The notes beneath the pieces were generated by a model. It saw only the letters and a list, made by a program, of their open reading frames with translations. It ran no database searches and was not told the origin of the DNA. A stretch of 64,000 bases of DNA from a virus: positions 1 to 64,000 of the IMG/VR virus record IMGVR_UViG_3300026519_000239, one strand, 5' to 3'. Below, piece after piece: positions 17,769 to 28,900 of this stretch. The position numbers and the translations under genes are program-made. The stretch's first letter is position 1. Each line of letters starts with the position of its first letter.

Positions 17769-18500
17769 ATGACCAAGCAGAAACTCAGAAAACTTCTTCA
17801 AAATGAATTACGTGATGCAGGAGTTATTACCCGTGGTAATTACTCCATGGAAAAACTGCAAGACATGTATATTGGAAAGTATGGCATCAATGCTATGCAT
17901 GAATTTTTAATGAAGCATGGCTACCCAGCAGGTGACATTAAGGCACCAGAAGAAAATACGTCTACACCTATTCCAGAAGCAGAAGAAGCACCCCAAGCCA
18001 GTGCTAAGCAACCAACTGTTGTCGATGTACGAGAAGCTGCTGCTCTTATGGCTCAAGCTATTAAAGACGCTCAGCATGATAAGCAAACTCCTGTATATGA
18101 CTCCCCTGATGCTGCTCCTGTTGGTTCTGATGTTGCTCGTATGCGTGCTATCAAAGATAGGGAAGCTAGTGCTTTGAGACGCGTTCAGGTTACCTGCCAT
18201 GATCCACAGCTCATACAGCAAGAACGTCGTAACTACACAGTTCAAGTAGGCAACAGCTATGTCAGTACTCAACGGTATGTAGTACCATTTGATGTACCTT
18301 GGCATGTTACTGAGTTGGTTTATAACGTTCTCAAGGAACGCACTCATACCGTACTTACAGAAACCAACCCACCAAAGACCAAAATCGTCAAATCATTCAG
18401 TATCGTTGATCTTCCACCACTTACTCCTGAAGAAGCTGAGAAATTAAAGAAGGCACAGGAAGTGTTGAAAGAAGCTGATGATATAGCTAGCGAAGGGTAA
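17769..18500 (+). CDS. N4 gp55-like protein
   Basis: LRRVQVTC.DP, VGNS...RYVVPFDVPWHV and LPPLTPEE motifs; synteny. Confidence 0.8.
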   Translation: MTKQKLRKLLQNELRDAGVITRGNYSMEKLQDMYIGKYGINAMHEFLMKHGYPAGDIKAPEENTSTPIPEAEEAPQASAKQPTVVDVREAAALMAQAIKDAQHDKQTPVYDSPDAAPVGSDVARMRAIKDREASALRRVQVTCHDPQLIQQERRNYTVQVGNSYVSTQRYVVPFDVPWHVTELVYNVLKERTHTVLTETNPPKTKIVKSFSIVDLPPLTPEEAEKLKKAQEVLKEADDIASEG

Positions 18501-18505
18501 TTCTT

Positions 18506-19288
18506 ATGGCTAATGCTGATCCATTTACAAGTCAACTATCGCAGATTGATACCCAAGGCACAGGGGTCATGGATGTCGTTATCCGTGGCTCTCTGGAATT
18601 TCTCAAGGAGGAGTATAAGGCACAGAGAATAATCCAGAAGGATTATGCTGCTATCGTTGCCCAGCTTCTCACTAAGTCAATGGATACTGCGTCTACGTAT
18701 GTACTACAGAAAGCATTGGCAGATGCTCAAGTAGAATCTGAGAAGAAAAAGAGTGAGAATCTCGCAGAAGAAGCAGCGCTATTGAGAGCCAAGACAGCCG
18801 CTACATTGGCTGATAAGGATTTAACTTTGGCTCGTATTCCGGCGGCTCAGAAAGAAACTCAGCTAATGGACAAGAAGCTACAACAAGCAGACGCTGAGAT
18901 TGCCTTGTCTCAGAAAGAGCTGGACATCAAAGAACAGCAGAGACTGGTAATGATTCAGCAAGTGGCTGAGTCTATTGAGAAGGTCAAGTTGATGGCTGAG
19001 CAAGTCAATAGAATGACTGAAGAGGTAGAATTGTTGAAACAAAGAGTTATTACTGAGAGGGGACAAACGGATGGAACAGCATTTAATGCTACCTCTATTC
19101 TTGGTAGACAATCTGCTTTGTATGAAGAACAAAAGAATGGATACGTTAAGGATGCAAAAGTGAAGGGAGCTAAACCAGTACTGGATTTAGCAGGTACTAC
19201 TATTGCCGCTACTGGCTTGAAGAATAATGCTTTTACAGATGCAGAACTTACTGCTGCATTGGCTGCACTCGCTACTGTGAGAGCATAA
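18506..19288 (+). CDS. Virion structural protein (N4 gp54-like)
   Basis: GTGVMDV...L.EEY...RI...DYA, a coiled coil and GRQ..LY.EQ..GY..DA..K motifs. Confidence 0.8.
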   Translation: MANADPFTSQLSQIDTQGTGVMDVVIRGSLEFLKEEYKAQRIIQKDYAAIVAQLLTKSMDTASTYVLQKALADAQVESEKKKSENLAEEAALLRAKTAATLADKDLTLARIPAAQKETQLMDKKLQQADAEIALSQKELDIKEQQRLVMIQQVAESIEKVKLMAEQVNRMTEEVELLKQRVITERGQTDGTAFNATSILGRQSALYEEQKNGYVKDAKVKGAKPVLDLAGTTIAATGLKNNAFTDAELTAALAALATVRA

Positions 19289-19308
19289 TCCACTGAGAGG
19301 GTGTACTT

Positions 19309-21273
19309 GTGCCTACATTAACGTTCTTTGGGTTAAGTACATCCTCCCTATATGATCTGGATGCCCTATCCTCTAAAGAGCCATACAAAGACTATCTCAT
19401 TAGTGGAATAAGCAATCATGCAACTGCTAATGAGATAGTTAGAGCATGGGCAATGGCTTCTCCTACAAGTAAGCTAAGACGCTTATGGACTGCACCTCGT
19501 GCTTCTGGAAAGGCTGAGTACTCGAATACCTATTTCGATAATACACCAATAAGTAAGCAAGCTATTCTGGCCAATTATGTGAGACGCGAATACCGTCCAA
19601 GTAACCGCTTGCCTGTTACATGGCCTGGAGTACAAATTAATAATCTAGACATTGATTCAATAGCCAAGACAATCTCATTTGATTTCACGTTCACTACTGG
19701 CATTGCTGGTCAGGGACATGTCGATTTGGATTTTAATGATCCATACATCAGATACATCAAAGCACCTGATATAGCTGCAAGGATGCTTCCTACTGAGCTT
19801 AGAACTTACAAGATACCTTGGAATACTCCTATCGTTATCAGGCAGCAAGAAGCTTCTACATATATAGAAACCAAAGACTACATCCAGCAGTTTGAATCTA
19901 TAACGAAAATCAAAACCAAGCCGTTACATGACGCTGTTCTGGATCAGCTTGATGCAGGTGTAACTATAGAGACAGCATGGATGATGCCTGTGCTAGAGCT
20001 AAACTCACTTAAAGATGACAGGCTATTAACTGCTGCTGGTATGGCTTTTCTACGTATCATGGAGGAGTTCAGTTCCAATGCAATATTTGTAGATAACTAT
20101 CCTGTCACTGGGCATGGGCTTACTGATGATCAGATTTATGACCTTGATTTTAGAAGAAAGTACAAGTTAGGGGGAGTTACTAATCTTGATACTACGACCG
20201 CTGGCACCCAATCTGAGTATGGGTGGCAGTTGTCCTTTAACAGCATAGGAGCAAGGGAAGTACCAGCAGGAACTGCTACTGGTTTCAAAGTAGTCAGCGA
20301 TCCAATTACATTCACTGTTCCTGGAACAGCGCTGTATTCAGATATATCTGATGAATATAACCCCGGTAAAATTAAGAAGTATGTGAACTCATACATTGAG
20401 CTTACATTCAAATGGAATGACAAGACCATTCGTCTATGGGCCAAAGACTACGTATTTAGATTTATCTATAGAGATCCAGGAGATACTCAATACAGTATCT
20501 ATGACACGCAAACTGGTACAGGTGACATCGGATACTACGTTCCTTTCCCTGTAGAAGTAGCACAAAGTCTTAACGTATATGATCGTGACATAGCTGTGTA
20601 TTCATCATGGCATATGATCATGTATGCCACCCAGAAGGTTAAGGTTAAGTGGTATCAAACCAAGCAATTTTCCAATCTGGTCAAAATTGCTGCTATTGCA
20701 TCTTTGATTGTTACACTCGGGCAGGACGCTCCTCTTGTAGCTGCCGTAACTGCTGCTACAGGTGTTACTGGAGCTGCTGCTGTAGCTATCGCATTAAGTA
20801 TCACTATTATTGCAGGGTACGCTGTAGGAGAACTTGCTAGGGTCCTTGTAGCCAAGTTCGGTGATATTGGTTACGTACTAGCTGTACTGCTTGCTATTGC
20901 GGCTGATAGCTTTTTAGGCACTGGCTCATTAGAAGGGGTACTGACTGCCGATATCGCTACCGCTGCTACAGCACTATTTAAGACATTTAACCTATACACA
21001 CAAATAGAGACACAAGAAGTCCTTGAGGCGATGGAAGAGTTTGAGGAAAAATACGAAGAAAGAATTGAACTCATCAAGGAAGCCAAAGACAAAATGCCTG
21101 ACATTAATGAATACTTGAGTACCAGTAGATGGAGGAATTTGGTTTCAAACCAAGACTTTGATACCAGTGCAGAAGAATTCCTGCACAAAACTACATCTAT
21201 CTTTTCTCTCTTTGATATAGATAGCGCCATGATACAGTCGTGGTATGACTTTAATTTAACACTCAAGGTATAA
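19309..21273 (+). CDS. Virion structural protein (N4 gp53-like)
   Basis: KVKVKWYQT..F followed by a hydrophobic segment; synteny; GAGG RBS before a GTG start. Confidence 0.75.
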   Translation: MPTLTFFGLSTSSLYDLDALSSKEPYKDYLISGISNHATANEIVRAWAMASPTSKLRRLWTAPRASGKAEYSNTYFDNTPISKQAILANYVRREYRPSNRLPVTWPGVQINNLDIDSIAKTISFDFTFTTGIAGQGHVDLDFNDPYIRYIKAPDIAARMLPTELRTYKIPWNTPIVIRQQEASTYIETKDYIQQFESITKIKTKPLHDAVLDQLDAGVTIETAWMMPVLELNSLKDDRLLTAAGMAFLRIMEEFSSNAIFVDNYPVTGHGLTDDQIYDLDFRRKYKLGGVTNLDTTTAGTQSEYGWQLSFNSIGAREVPAGTATGFKVVSDPITFTVPGTALYSDISDEYNPGKIKKYVNSYIELTFKWNDKTIRLWAKDYVFRFIYRDPGDTQYSIYDTQTGTGDIGYYVPFPVEVAQSLNVYDRDIAVYSSWHMIMYATQKVKVKWYQTKQFSNLVKIAAIASLIVTLGQDAPLVAAVTAATGVTGAAAVAIALSITIIAGYAVGELARVLVAKFGDIGYVLAVLLAIAADSFLGTGSLEGVLTADIATAATALFKTFNLYTQIETQEVLEAMEEFEEKYEERIELIKEAKDKMPDINEYLSTSRWRNLVSNQDFDTSAEEFLHKTTSIFSLFDIDSAMIQSWYDFNLTLKV

Positions 21274-21278
21274 GCGTA

Positions 21279-21710
21279 ATGGGCATCTTTAATGGCATTC
21301 AAGGAGCGGACATTCTGTCTCCTACCAATCAGCTATCTCCTGTATCAGGAGCTGTAGGGGGAATTACTGATCCACAACAATCAGCTCAACTTGCGGCTGC
21401 TATTGAGAAACTAGGGACTGCTCAGAACTTCGGAGCTAACCTATCTACTGCTAAGTTTGGTTTAGGGGCATTAGGGGCTGGTTTTGATATCTACGCTGGA
21501 TTGAAGAATCTTGGATTAGCTAAAAAACAATTTAACTTTAACAGGAGCTTAGCTAATAGAAATCTAGCAAATCAAGCAGCAACTACAAATCTGGCTATTG
21601 ATAAGTATGGCTACAATAAATTAGCTGGCACTGGTTTAAATGCTCAAGATTTGGCTAAAGCTGTGGAATCTTATGTTGCCAGAAATAAGGTAGATGGTAG
21701 CCCTATCTAA
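21279..21710 (+). CDS. Ejection / internal virion protein (N4 gp52-like)
   Basis: Gly-rich helix and LAKKQFNF.R....RNLANQ....N motif. Confidence 0.75.
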   Translation: MGIFNGIQGADILSPTNQLSPVSGAVGGITDPQQSAQLAAAIEKLGTAQNFGANLSTAKFGLGALGAGFDIYAGLKNLGLAKKQFNFNRSLANRNLANQAATTNLAIDKYGYNKLAGTGLNAQDLAKAVESYVARNKVDGSPI

Positions 21711-21725
21711 TAGAGGTATTTTCTT

Positions 21726-22691
21726 ATGGGGACGATCACATGGAGAACAGTTACATCTGCTAATAACGCAGCCAGTAATGCTCTACAACTAGCAGGCCAG
21801 AAGCAGATCAGCGGTGCCTTCGATAAGCTGTCTGGATTGGTAGGGCAACGTCAACAAGATGCTGCTGCTATTGATCAAGCCAAGATAACAGGACAGCTAC
21901 TCAACAGAGATGCAACACAAGAAGAAAGACAAGTACTGGCTTCTTTATATGGTTCAGGTGTTACCGATCCAACTGCCCTGAAAAGTGCCCTAGATGCTTT
22001 CAAAGTATCCAGAGATGCTCAACGTGCACAAGTAGCTAAAGCTCGTGAAAATCAAGCTCAGAGAGCATTTGATGCACAGCTAGAGCAGTATAAGCAGGCA
22101 GGGCAGAACGCACGTACTAGGATGACTACAGGAGCCACTCTGGACGCTGCCAATGCTAGGGCACGGGCTGCATTGGAAGCCGCTGGCATCCGTGCTGATG
22201 CTGCGAAATACGGTGCAAGGCAAAGTGCGGCTGCAAGTAAATATGGAGCTGACACAAGAGCTGAGGCACAGTTACTTACTGCGTATTTGAATGGCTTGAA
22301 TAAGAAAGGAAGCAGTAAAGGAGGCAGTGGAAAAACTGCTAAAAAGAAGTACACACAAGAAGATGCTACAAAGCTAATTAAGGATGTGTATGGATTGTCT
22401 GGAACCAAGGTTGATCCAGATAAAACAGGTTCTCTTGTATCTGGTGTAATGGCTGCTCTTAATGGAGGAGCTACAGTAGATCAGGTTGGTTCAGCTATTG
22501 GATCTACTATCAATGATCCTTATTGGTTTAACCCCGCAGGATCTACCACTAACCTTCCATCTGATCCAGTAGCAGGGACTACTGAGTTTCTAAAGCTACT
22601 TGATACAGCTACTGCTAATGTAGGCGCATCTGGTGCTCCACAAGTAGATCCTGCTACAGTAGCTGCTGCACGGGCGTTGTTTAATAAGTAA
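21726..22691 (+). CDS. Ejection / internal virion protein (N4 gp51-like)
   Basis: N-terminal ITWRTV motif; Ala/Gln-rich; located upstream of the vRNAP gene. Confidence 0.7.
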   Translation: MGTITWRTVTSANNAASNALQLAGQKQISGAFDKLSGLVGQRQQDAAAIDQAKITGQLLNRDATQEERQVLASLYGSGVTDPTALKSALDAFKVSRDAQRAQVAKARENQAQRAFDAQLEQYKQAGQNARTRMTTGATLDAANARARAALEAAGIRADAAKYGARQSAAASKYGADTRAEAQLLTAYLNGLNKKGSSKGGSGKTAKKKYTQEDATKLIKDVYGLSGTKVDPDKTGSLVSGVMAALNGGATVDQVGSAIGSTINDPYWFNPAGSTTNLPSDPVAGTTEFLKLLDTATANVGASGAPQVDPATVAAARALFNK

Positions 22692-22710
22692 CTATGAGGC
22701 AAGTATATAT

Positions 22711-22908
22711 ATGGCTACCAAGAAAGCTACTAAGAAGACTGATGAATTCACTGCCCTTTGTGAATCTATTCGATCCAAGATCAAGGCACTAGACAGTGAT
22801 ATTACAACTCTGGACTCTCAGTATAAGGGACGTGTGAGTTACGGTACTACTGCTGCTATGAGTCAGCTCGTAGACCGGCTTGGGTTTTTGGCCCAAGAAG
22901 TAAAGTAA
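22711..22908 (+). CDS. Small hypothetical protein
   Basis: 65-aa ORF with a GAGG RBS, followed by a terminator. Confidence 0.6.
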   Translation: MATKKATKKTDEFTALCESIRSKIKALDSDITTLDSQYKGRVSYGTTAAMSQLVDRLGFLAQEVK

Positions 22909-22937
22909 TCAGCAGCTACACTCATTTACGTTACACT

Positions 22938-22961
22938 AGCCCGGACTATCCGGGCTTTTTT
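22938..22961 (+). terminator. Rho-independent terminator
   Basis: AGCCCGGA-CTA-TCCGGGCT stem with a T-run. Confidence 0.8.
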
Positions 22962-22987
22962 GTGCCTATAACCTTTTGGAGATCGTA

Positions 22988-25900
22988 ATGAGTAAGCTAG
23001 ACGATCTGTTGTCAGCTCTATCGACTACTGCTGATCAGCGAGTAAACGCCGCAATGGATAAGTACACCAACATCTTTGGTGGTCCTTCTCCTGATCAACC
23101 AGTTCAAGTCCCAAAACAACAAGAGGCTGAAATTGCCTCACAGCGAGCGCAAACAACAGTAGAAGCACTGAATCCTCAACAACCTGCCCCTGAAGAAGCA
23201 CCACTTACTCCTGAACAACGTTTGGCTCAGATCAGCGGTGTTACGGATATTGATCCAAAGAAGGAGTACATAGAGGTCAAGACACCTGACGGCAAATCCA
23301 AACTAGTTGATGCTACCAGTTCAGATGGAGATAACATCACCAGAGCTATCAGGAACACGTATAACAATACAACTGAGCGTGGGTATGCACTGGATACATG
23401 GGAAGTTCCTCATGGTGGCAAGAAGCAACAAGAAGCTTTCTTCAACAGTAACAAGGGACAGAAGCAGCGTGAAGCAGCGGCTCGTATCCTTGGTATTTCT
23501 CCTGAGCAGGTTACCGCTGAGCACATCTTCACACTTGGGCAGAATGCAGCCAAAGAAAGAGCCAGACTCATTGCTGAGCATGGTGGTTTAGTTGGTTCAG
23601 TAGAGCTTGGTGATGTACGTAATGATCCAACTACAGGCAATCGAGTACTGTCTTCTACCAAATTAGCGGATGGTACTGATCTTCGTGACTTATTGAATAC
23701 GCCTCTACTAAATGCTGATTTCTACAGCAAATATAATTCCAGAGGTAGAAGAGATTACGAACTTGGGTCAACTAAGAATCCAGATGGAGGGGCAGTTCTC
23801 AGTGACGCTGAAGCTGCTAATCCATCTGCTGTTGGTTCTTTGGTTCAGATTGGTACCAGTGCTATTGATGCCTTCTTGCGTACTGGTTTAGGTGGCGTAA
23901 ATGCAGCCGCTAATACTGGTGTACAGATTGCGGCTGCTTTACAAGGCGAAGGTATTCAAGACCTTACACCAGAAGACAGGCAGATATTTGACAGGATTCG
24001 TGACACTGAGAAGAAGGGCAAGACGCTACTCAGTAAGATCGAAAAAGACCCTGTAGCTTCCAAAATAGATGTCATTGACCAAATGACAAACCAAGCCATT
24101 GAAGCTACTGGAGGTACGCCTGAGCAGCCTGTTGATAAGCTGGATAAGTACATGCAGGAAGCACTTGCTCCTGAAGAATACGCTATTTGGAAGGGTACAG
24201 CTAAGAGACCTGATACTCCTATCCAGAACAATGCTTTGGACTCTCTCACTAAGAAACCAGAGGGTATTCTAGATACGCTATCTCAATCAGCGGGCTTAGC
24301 TGCTGGATTGATATTTGGTTTCGGTACTGTGAAAGCTGCTGCTAATCCATCTGCTGCTATTCAACAAGCCAGGCAGCAAGTTGAAGGTACTGGTTTAGTA
24401 GACAAGACAGATAAGACTAAGTTTCAAAGATACAGTGAGGTTAAACAGCAACAGGAAACTGCTGCTAAAGCCATTGCTAACCCAGTAGATACAGTACTAG
24501 GGACAGAAGGGCGTAACGATCAGCAAGACAGATTTAGAGTTAACGCCAAGACTGGCAGAGCTGAGTATGTGCCTATGCACAACGCATATGGTGACAAAGC
24601 AGCCATGGAGATTCTCGATGCTGGTGCTGAAAGGATGGTTAAGGCTGGCGAGAAAGGAGATTACATAGGAGTAGTAAGTGAAGCTGCGTCTACATTATAT
24701 GACGTAGTAACTAAAGAGAAGACAGCTACAGCCAGTGCGTTTGCTGATGTTATTGGTTTAGCAGCAGCAACGATGTTTAACAAGAAAGGTGCTGTTGAAG
24801 AAGGTACTGGTTTCGTAGGGAAACTTGCTGGATTCGTAAAGAATCTGCCTAAAGGAGCTAATGGTCCTCAAGCCCTTAATACTGCTTTCAAAGCAGCCAA
24901 CATCGTTGGTTTACAGCAAGACAAGCTCACTGAAATGGAAACCAAATTCACTGAGCTGAATAAAGGTGAAGCTCCTACCCCAGAAGAGTATGAAAAGATC
25001 AAAGATCTATCTGTAGTAGCTTCTGCTGTGGATTTACTAGGCATTGCTATGTTTACTGGACCAGGCGGTAAGGCAATGTCTGAGATGCTCAGTAAAGCCA
25101 CTACCAAAAAAGCTGGACAGTTTGCTAGCAAAGTACTAGCTGAGATGGCAGGTACAGGTATTAATGGGTTGGATGAGGTAGCTGTAGAAGCCATTACTCA
25201 ACTCGGTACTAGGCAGCGTCAAGGGGACTTCGATAAGAAAGCATGGGCAGTATCTTTTCTCCAAGGGGCGCAAGCAAAAGCTCCTGGGGCTGTGCTTGAA
25301 GTAGCTACTAAAGGTATTCCATCTATTCCCGGAGATGTACTGGACGGCACTGTGAAAGCAGTGAAGATGTACCAGCGTGTCAATGACGTTGCGAAGGGGC
25401 ACAAGTTCACTATTGATGAAGAAGGGAATGTTCACTTCAAAGGGAAGGTGATGCCTGGAATGGTTCCTCCTGATCCAGAGACAGGTAAGTATCCTACTGA
25501 GGTTCCTAAGGATGTAGAGAAAGCTATCAAGCAGATGATCTACAAAGGGCAGGGAGATGCTGTAGTTAAGCATATTGCCAATACGAGAGCAGTGCTTGAA
25601 GGAGAGTTTACTGAAGAAGATCTTCAGAAACGCATCATTACTCCTTCTGTAGATATTGTTACAGAAGCCTCCATGGCTGCTGATCAGGCGTTCGTTGATA
25701 CTGCGGAGGTAGAGTCTCCTGAGACCGGAGAAACCGTTCCTGCTGAACCTGCGGTGCCTCAAGAGCTTGATGTTACTAATCCAGAGGAAGTTATTGCTGT
25801 ACTCAAGAACCAAGACATCCCGGTGGTTCAGAGAGCAGCTATTACACTGGCCGTGCAGTCTCGTATGCAGACTATTTATGGGCAGACTGTAGCTCAGATG

Positions 25901-28900
25901 CAAGAAGCAATGACTAAAGGAGAACTGGAAGGAGACAAAGCTGAAGCAGCTATTGCTTTATTGGATCAGTATGAAGCTTGGATTGATGTACTGAGTACAC
26001 AGGTTGATTCTCTGCCTAAGAATGAAAGGGTAGAGGCAGGCGTTATCTATCAGGAAAAAGGAGATCAATTACTTGCAGATATTATTCGTGGATCAGCACC
26101 TGAAGTAACCAAACAGGACACAGCCAAGAGTCCATTGGTTCAGTCGTACAAAAAAGTACTGGATTACATCAACACTCGTGATGAGGAAGATAATAAGACT
26201 GCTGATGATGTACGAAAAGAGGTACTTCAAGACGGAGAGAATGCATCAGGTAAGAAAGGACTTATGACTCATATGAAGGCTTTGGCTGTCGCGGGTATCA
26301 GTAAGAACCCAGAGGCTTTGGCTTATGCAAGAGCTGAGGTTAATAGCTTTCTGGCTTCTCAAACTGACAAGCTAAATAAGCTGAAAGAGGCTGTAGATGC
26401 ATATGAAGAAAGTGGCAATCCTGTACCTGTTTACTTCAAGAGCAACATAGCCAAGAAAGAACCAAACTTTGTTGTAGATAATCCAGGTAAGGTACGTAAC
26501 TTTATCAAGGTCATTGAGCAAGAAGTTCAGATGATTGGTGAAGTAGCTAAGATGGGAGATGAGCTACACAACAAGTTGAAGAACAATGAACCAATACTTG
26601 AGGATGCGTTGGAGAAGCAATTAAAAGAGACAGGTAAAAAAGTTTCTGATATTGCTAATGCTCCTAAGCAGAATCAGAAGAAGGAAGACAATGTTGCTAC
26701 CCAGAAAGAAGATAAAGCACCTGTTAATGCTGAAGTACAGACCACAGATAAGGCTGATACTGCTCCTACTAAGACACAGGTGGATGCTAAGAAAGTTGAG
26801 GATAAGCCAAAAGAAAAGCCAGTAGCTAAGAAAGCCAAGAAGAAGAAAGAGAAGCCAAAGGTAGATGTACTCGGTGACGAGGTTAAAGCTGAGCCTACAC
26901 CCGAAGAAATCAAAAAAGATACTGAGGATGCTAAACAGCAACAAGAAAAAACCAAAGAGCAATGGCTTGAAGATCCTCTTGTAGCTGACATTAAAGCTGC
27001 ATTTGAAGAAGCTCAGAATCAAGATCCAGAAGATAATGCTGATATAGCTGATCTTAAGCCTGTTCTGGATCTCACGAAGACTGAGAAGGTAGCCAAGGAG
27101 ACTTCCAAGGAAGCAACTCCTATGGTGAAAACAATACAGTCCCATACGAAGAACGTATCTATCCTGATGAAGCAGATAAGTTCTCGTAGGTATATGCCTC
27201 CGGGACTGAAGAAGCTGATGGAGTCGGGTAAACAACTTACTACTGACTACTTCTTGAAGGGGAGGAAGAATCCTACTGGTTTGTTGGCTCTACCTTCACT
27301 GACTGCTATCGGTAATTATCTCAAGGATGTTGGAGATACTGGCCTTGAAGCATTCAGGGCAGATTTGCTTGGTGAACTTGGTCCTGCAATGAAGAAGGAG
27401 CTATTCAAGCAATTCCAGAATTCAGCTAACTACGTGATAGGTAGAAAGCTATCTTTGGATAAGTTAGCTACCAGTCCTATTGGTTTGTTTCTAAATGAGA
27501 AGAATGAACTGGCTCCTCAGCTACGTAATGCAATGCTGCACACTGCTGTTGAATGGATTGCTGATAAAAGCGTAGCCAGTGTATTGAAGACTGACAAAGA
27601 GGTGTATGCATCTCTTGGATTAGACATCAAATCAGACTTCATTACTCCTTCTGTACTGGATGCTCTTAGAGACATGGGAGAGCTGAGATCTAAGTTAGCT
27701 GAACAGTTGGGCAATCGTGTACTGGAAGGGCTTGGTATTGATCTTAACTCCGATGTACCTGATGCTGGATTCAGACAGAGGCTAGTTGGTTCTATTGGAT
27801 TATCCATGCTGTCTGCTATGGCTAATATCAAGGATAAGAAAGGAGAGCCAATCATTCACTTCAACAGAGTTCCCTCTGAGTTGATGGCTGAACTTACTGA
27901 GACTGCTTCTGTATCCATGGAAGCCAGTCCTGTGTATGTCAGTCTCAATATTCAGAGAGATGAGTATCAACGTCCTGTAATGGATCAATCAGGTAGGGTA
28001 CGTGTAAACAATCTATTGGCTTACAAGATCAGGAAGAAGACGAATCAATCTAAAGAAATATACAAGAAGTACATGGAGCTGGCTTTTGGTAAGAAACCAA
28101 TAACTCGTACTACGAGCTATAAGCCATTCAAAATGCGTAAGCCAGAGGATATTAAGGATCGTCCTACTCGTAATAATAGCTATGGGCAACTAAGTGAAGC
28201 TGAGTTGGATCATGTGAACCAACTGCAACAAGTAGCTTTCAAAGCCAATCCACTGATCAAGATGATGGATCTTAAAGAAGGAAGGATGGCTATTGCCAAG
28301 ATGTTCGGGTACGTAGAACCCACTAGAGATGGTGATATTCCTTCTTTACCGCTTGATAAGGTGAAAGGTCAGCTAGCCAAGAATGAAGCGATTATCCGTG
28401 ATCTGGATGCTGTACTGGATAAGCTTTCAGAGCAAGACCAAACCATAGAAGAACTCACTAAAGCTAGAGATGAGGCTACTGACCCTAAAGACAGGGAACG
28501 TTTACAACGTGAGTTAAATCAAGCCAGAAAGAAAGAAATCTATTTTCCATTCAAGATAAGTACATTTGGTCGTGCGTTGGATAACGCTCAAGATCTAAGT
28601 ATTCAGAGAAGCAAGATACACAGGAATATCTTCACTCCTGCTGAGTCCACTCATACATTCCCGATGAGCGATACCAAATCTATGGAGGCCATTATGAAAT
28701 CCTTCATAGAGCCTCTTGGTTTGGATCGTGTGCGGATGGAGAGTGATCCTACAGGAGAGTTCATGGATAGATTTGCTATCAAGAATGCCGATGGTACATA
28801 CACTGCATCTGATCCTGTAATAGAGAAGGGAATACAGGCTATGCAGGCATTTCTGAGAGATGACTTTTACAAGCCAGAAGACATTACAGCAGCAGTGGAT

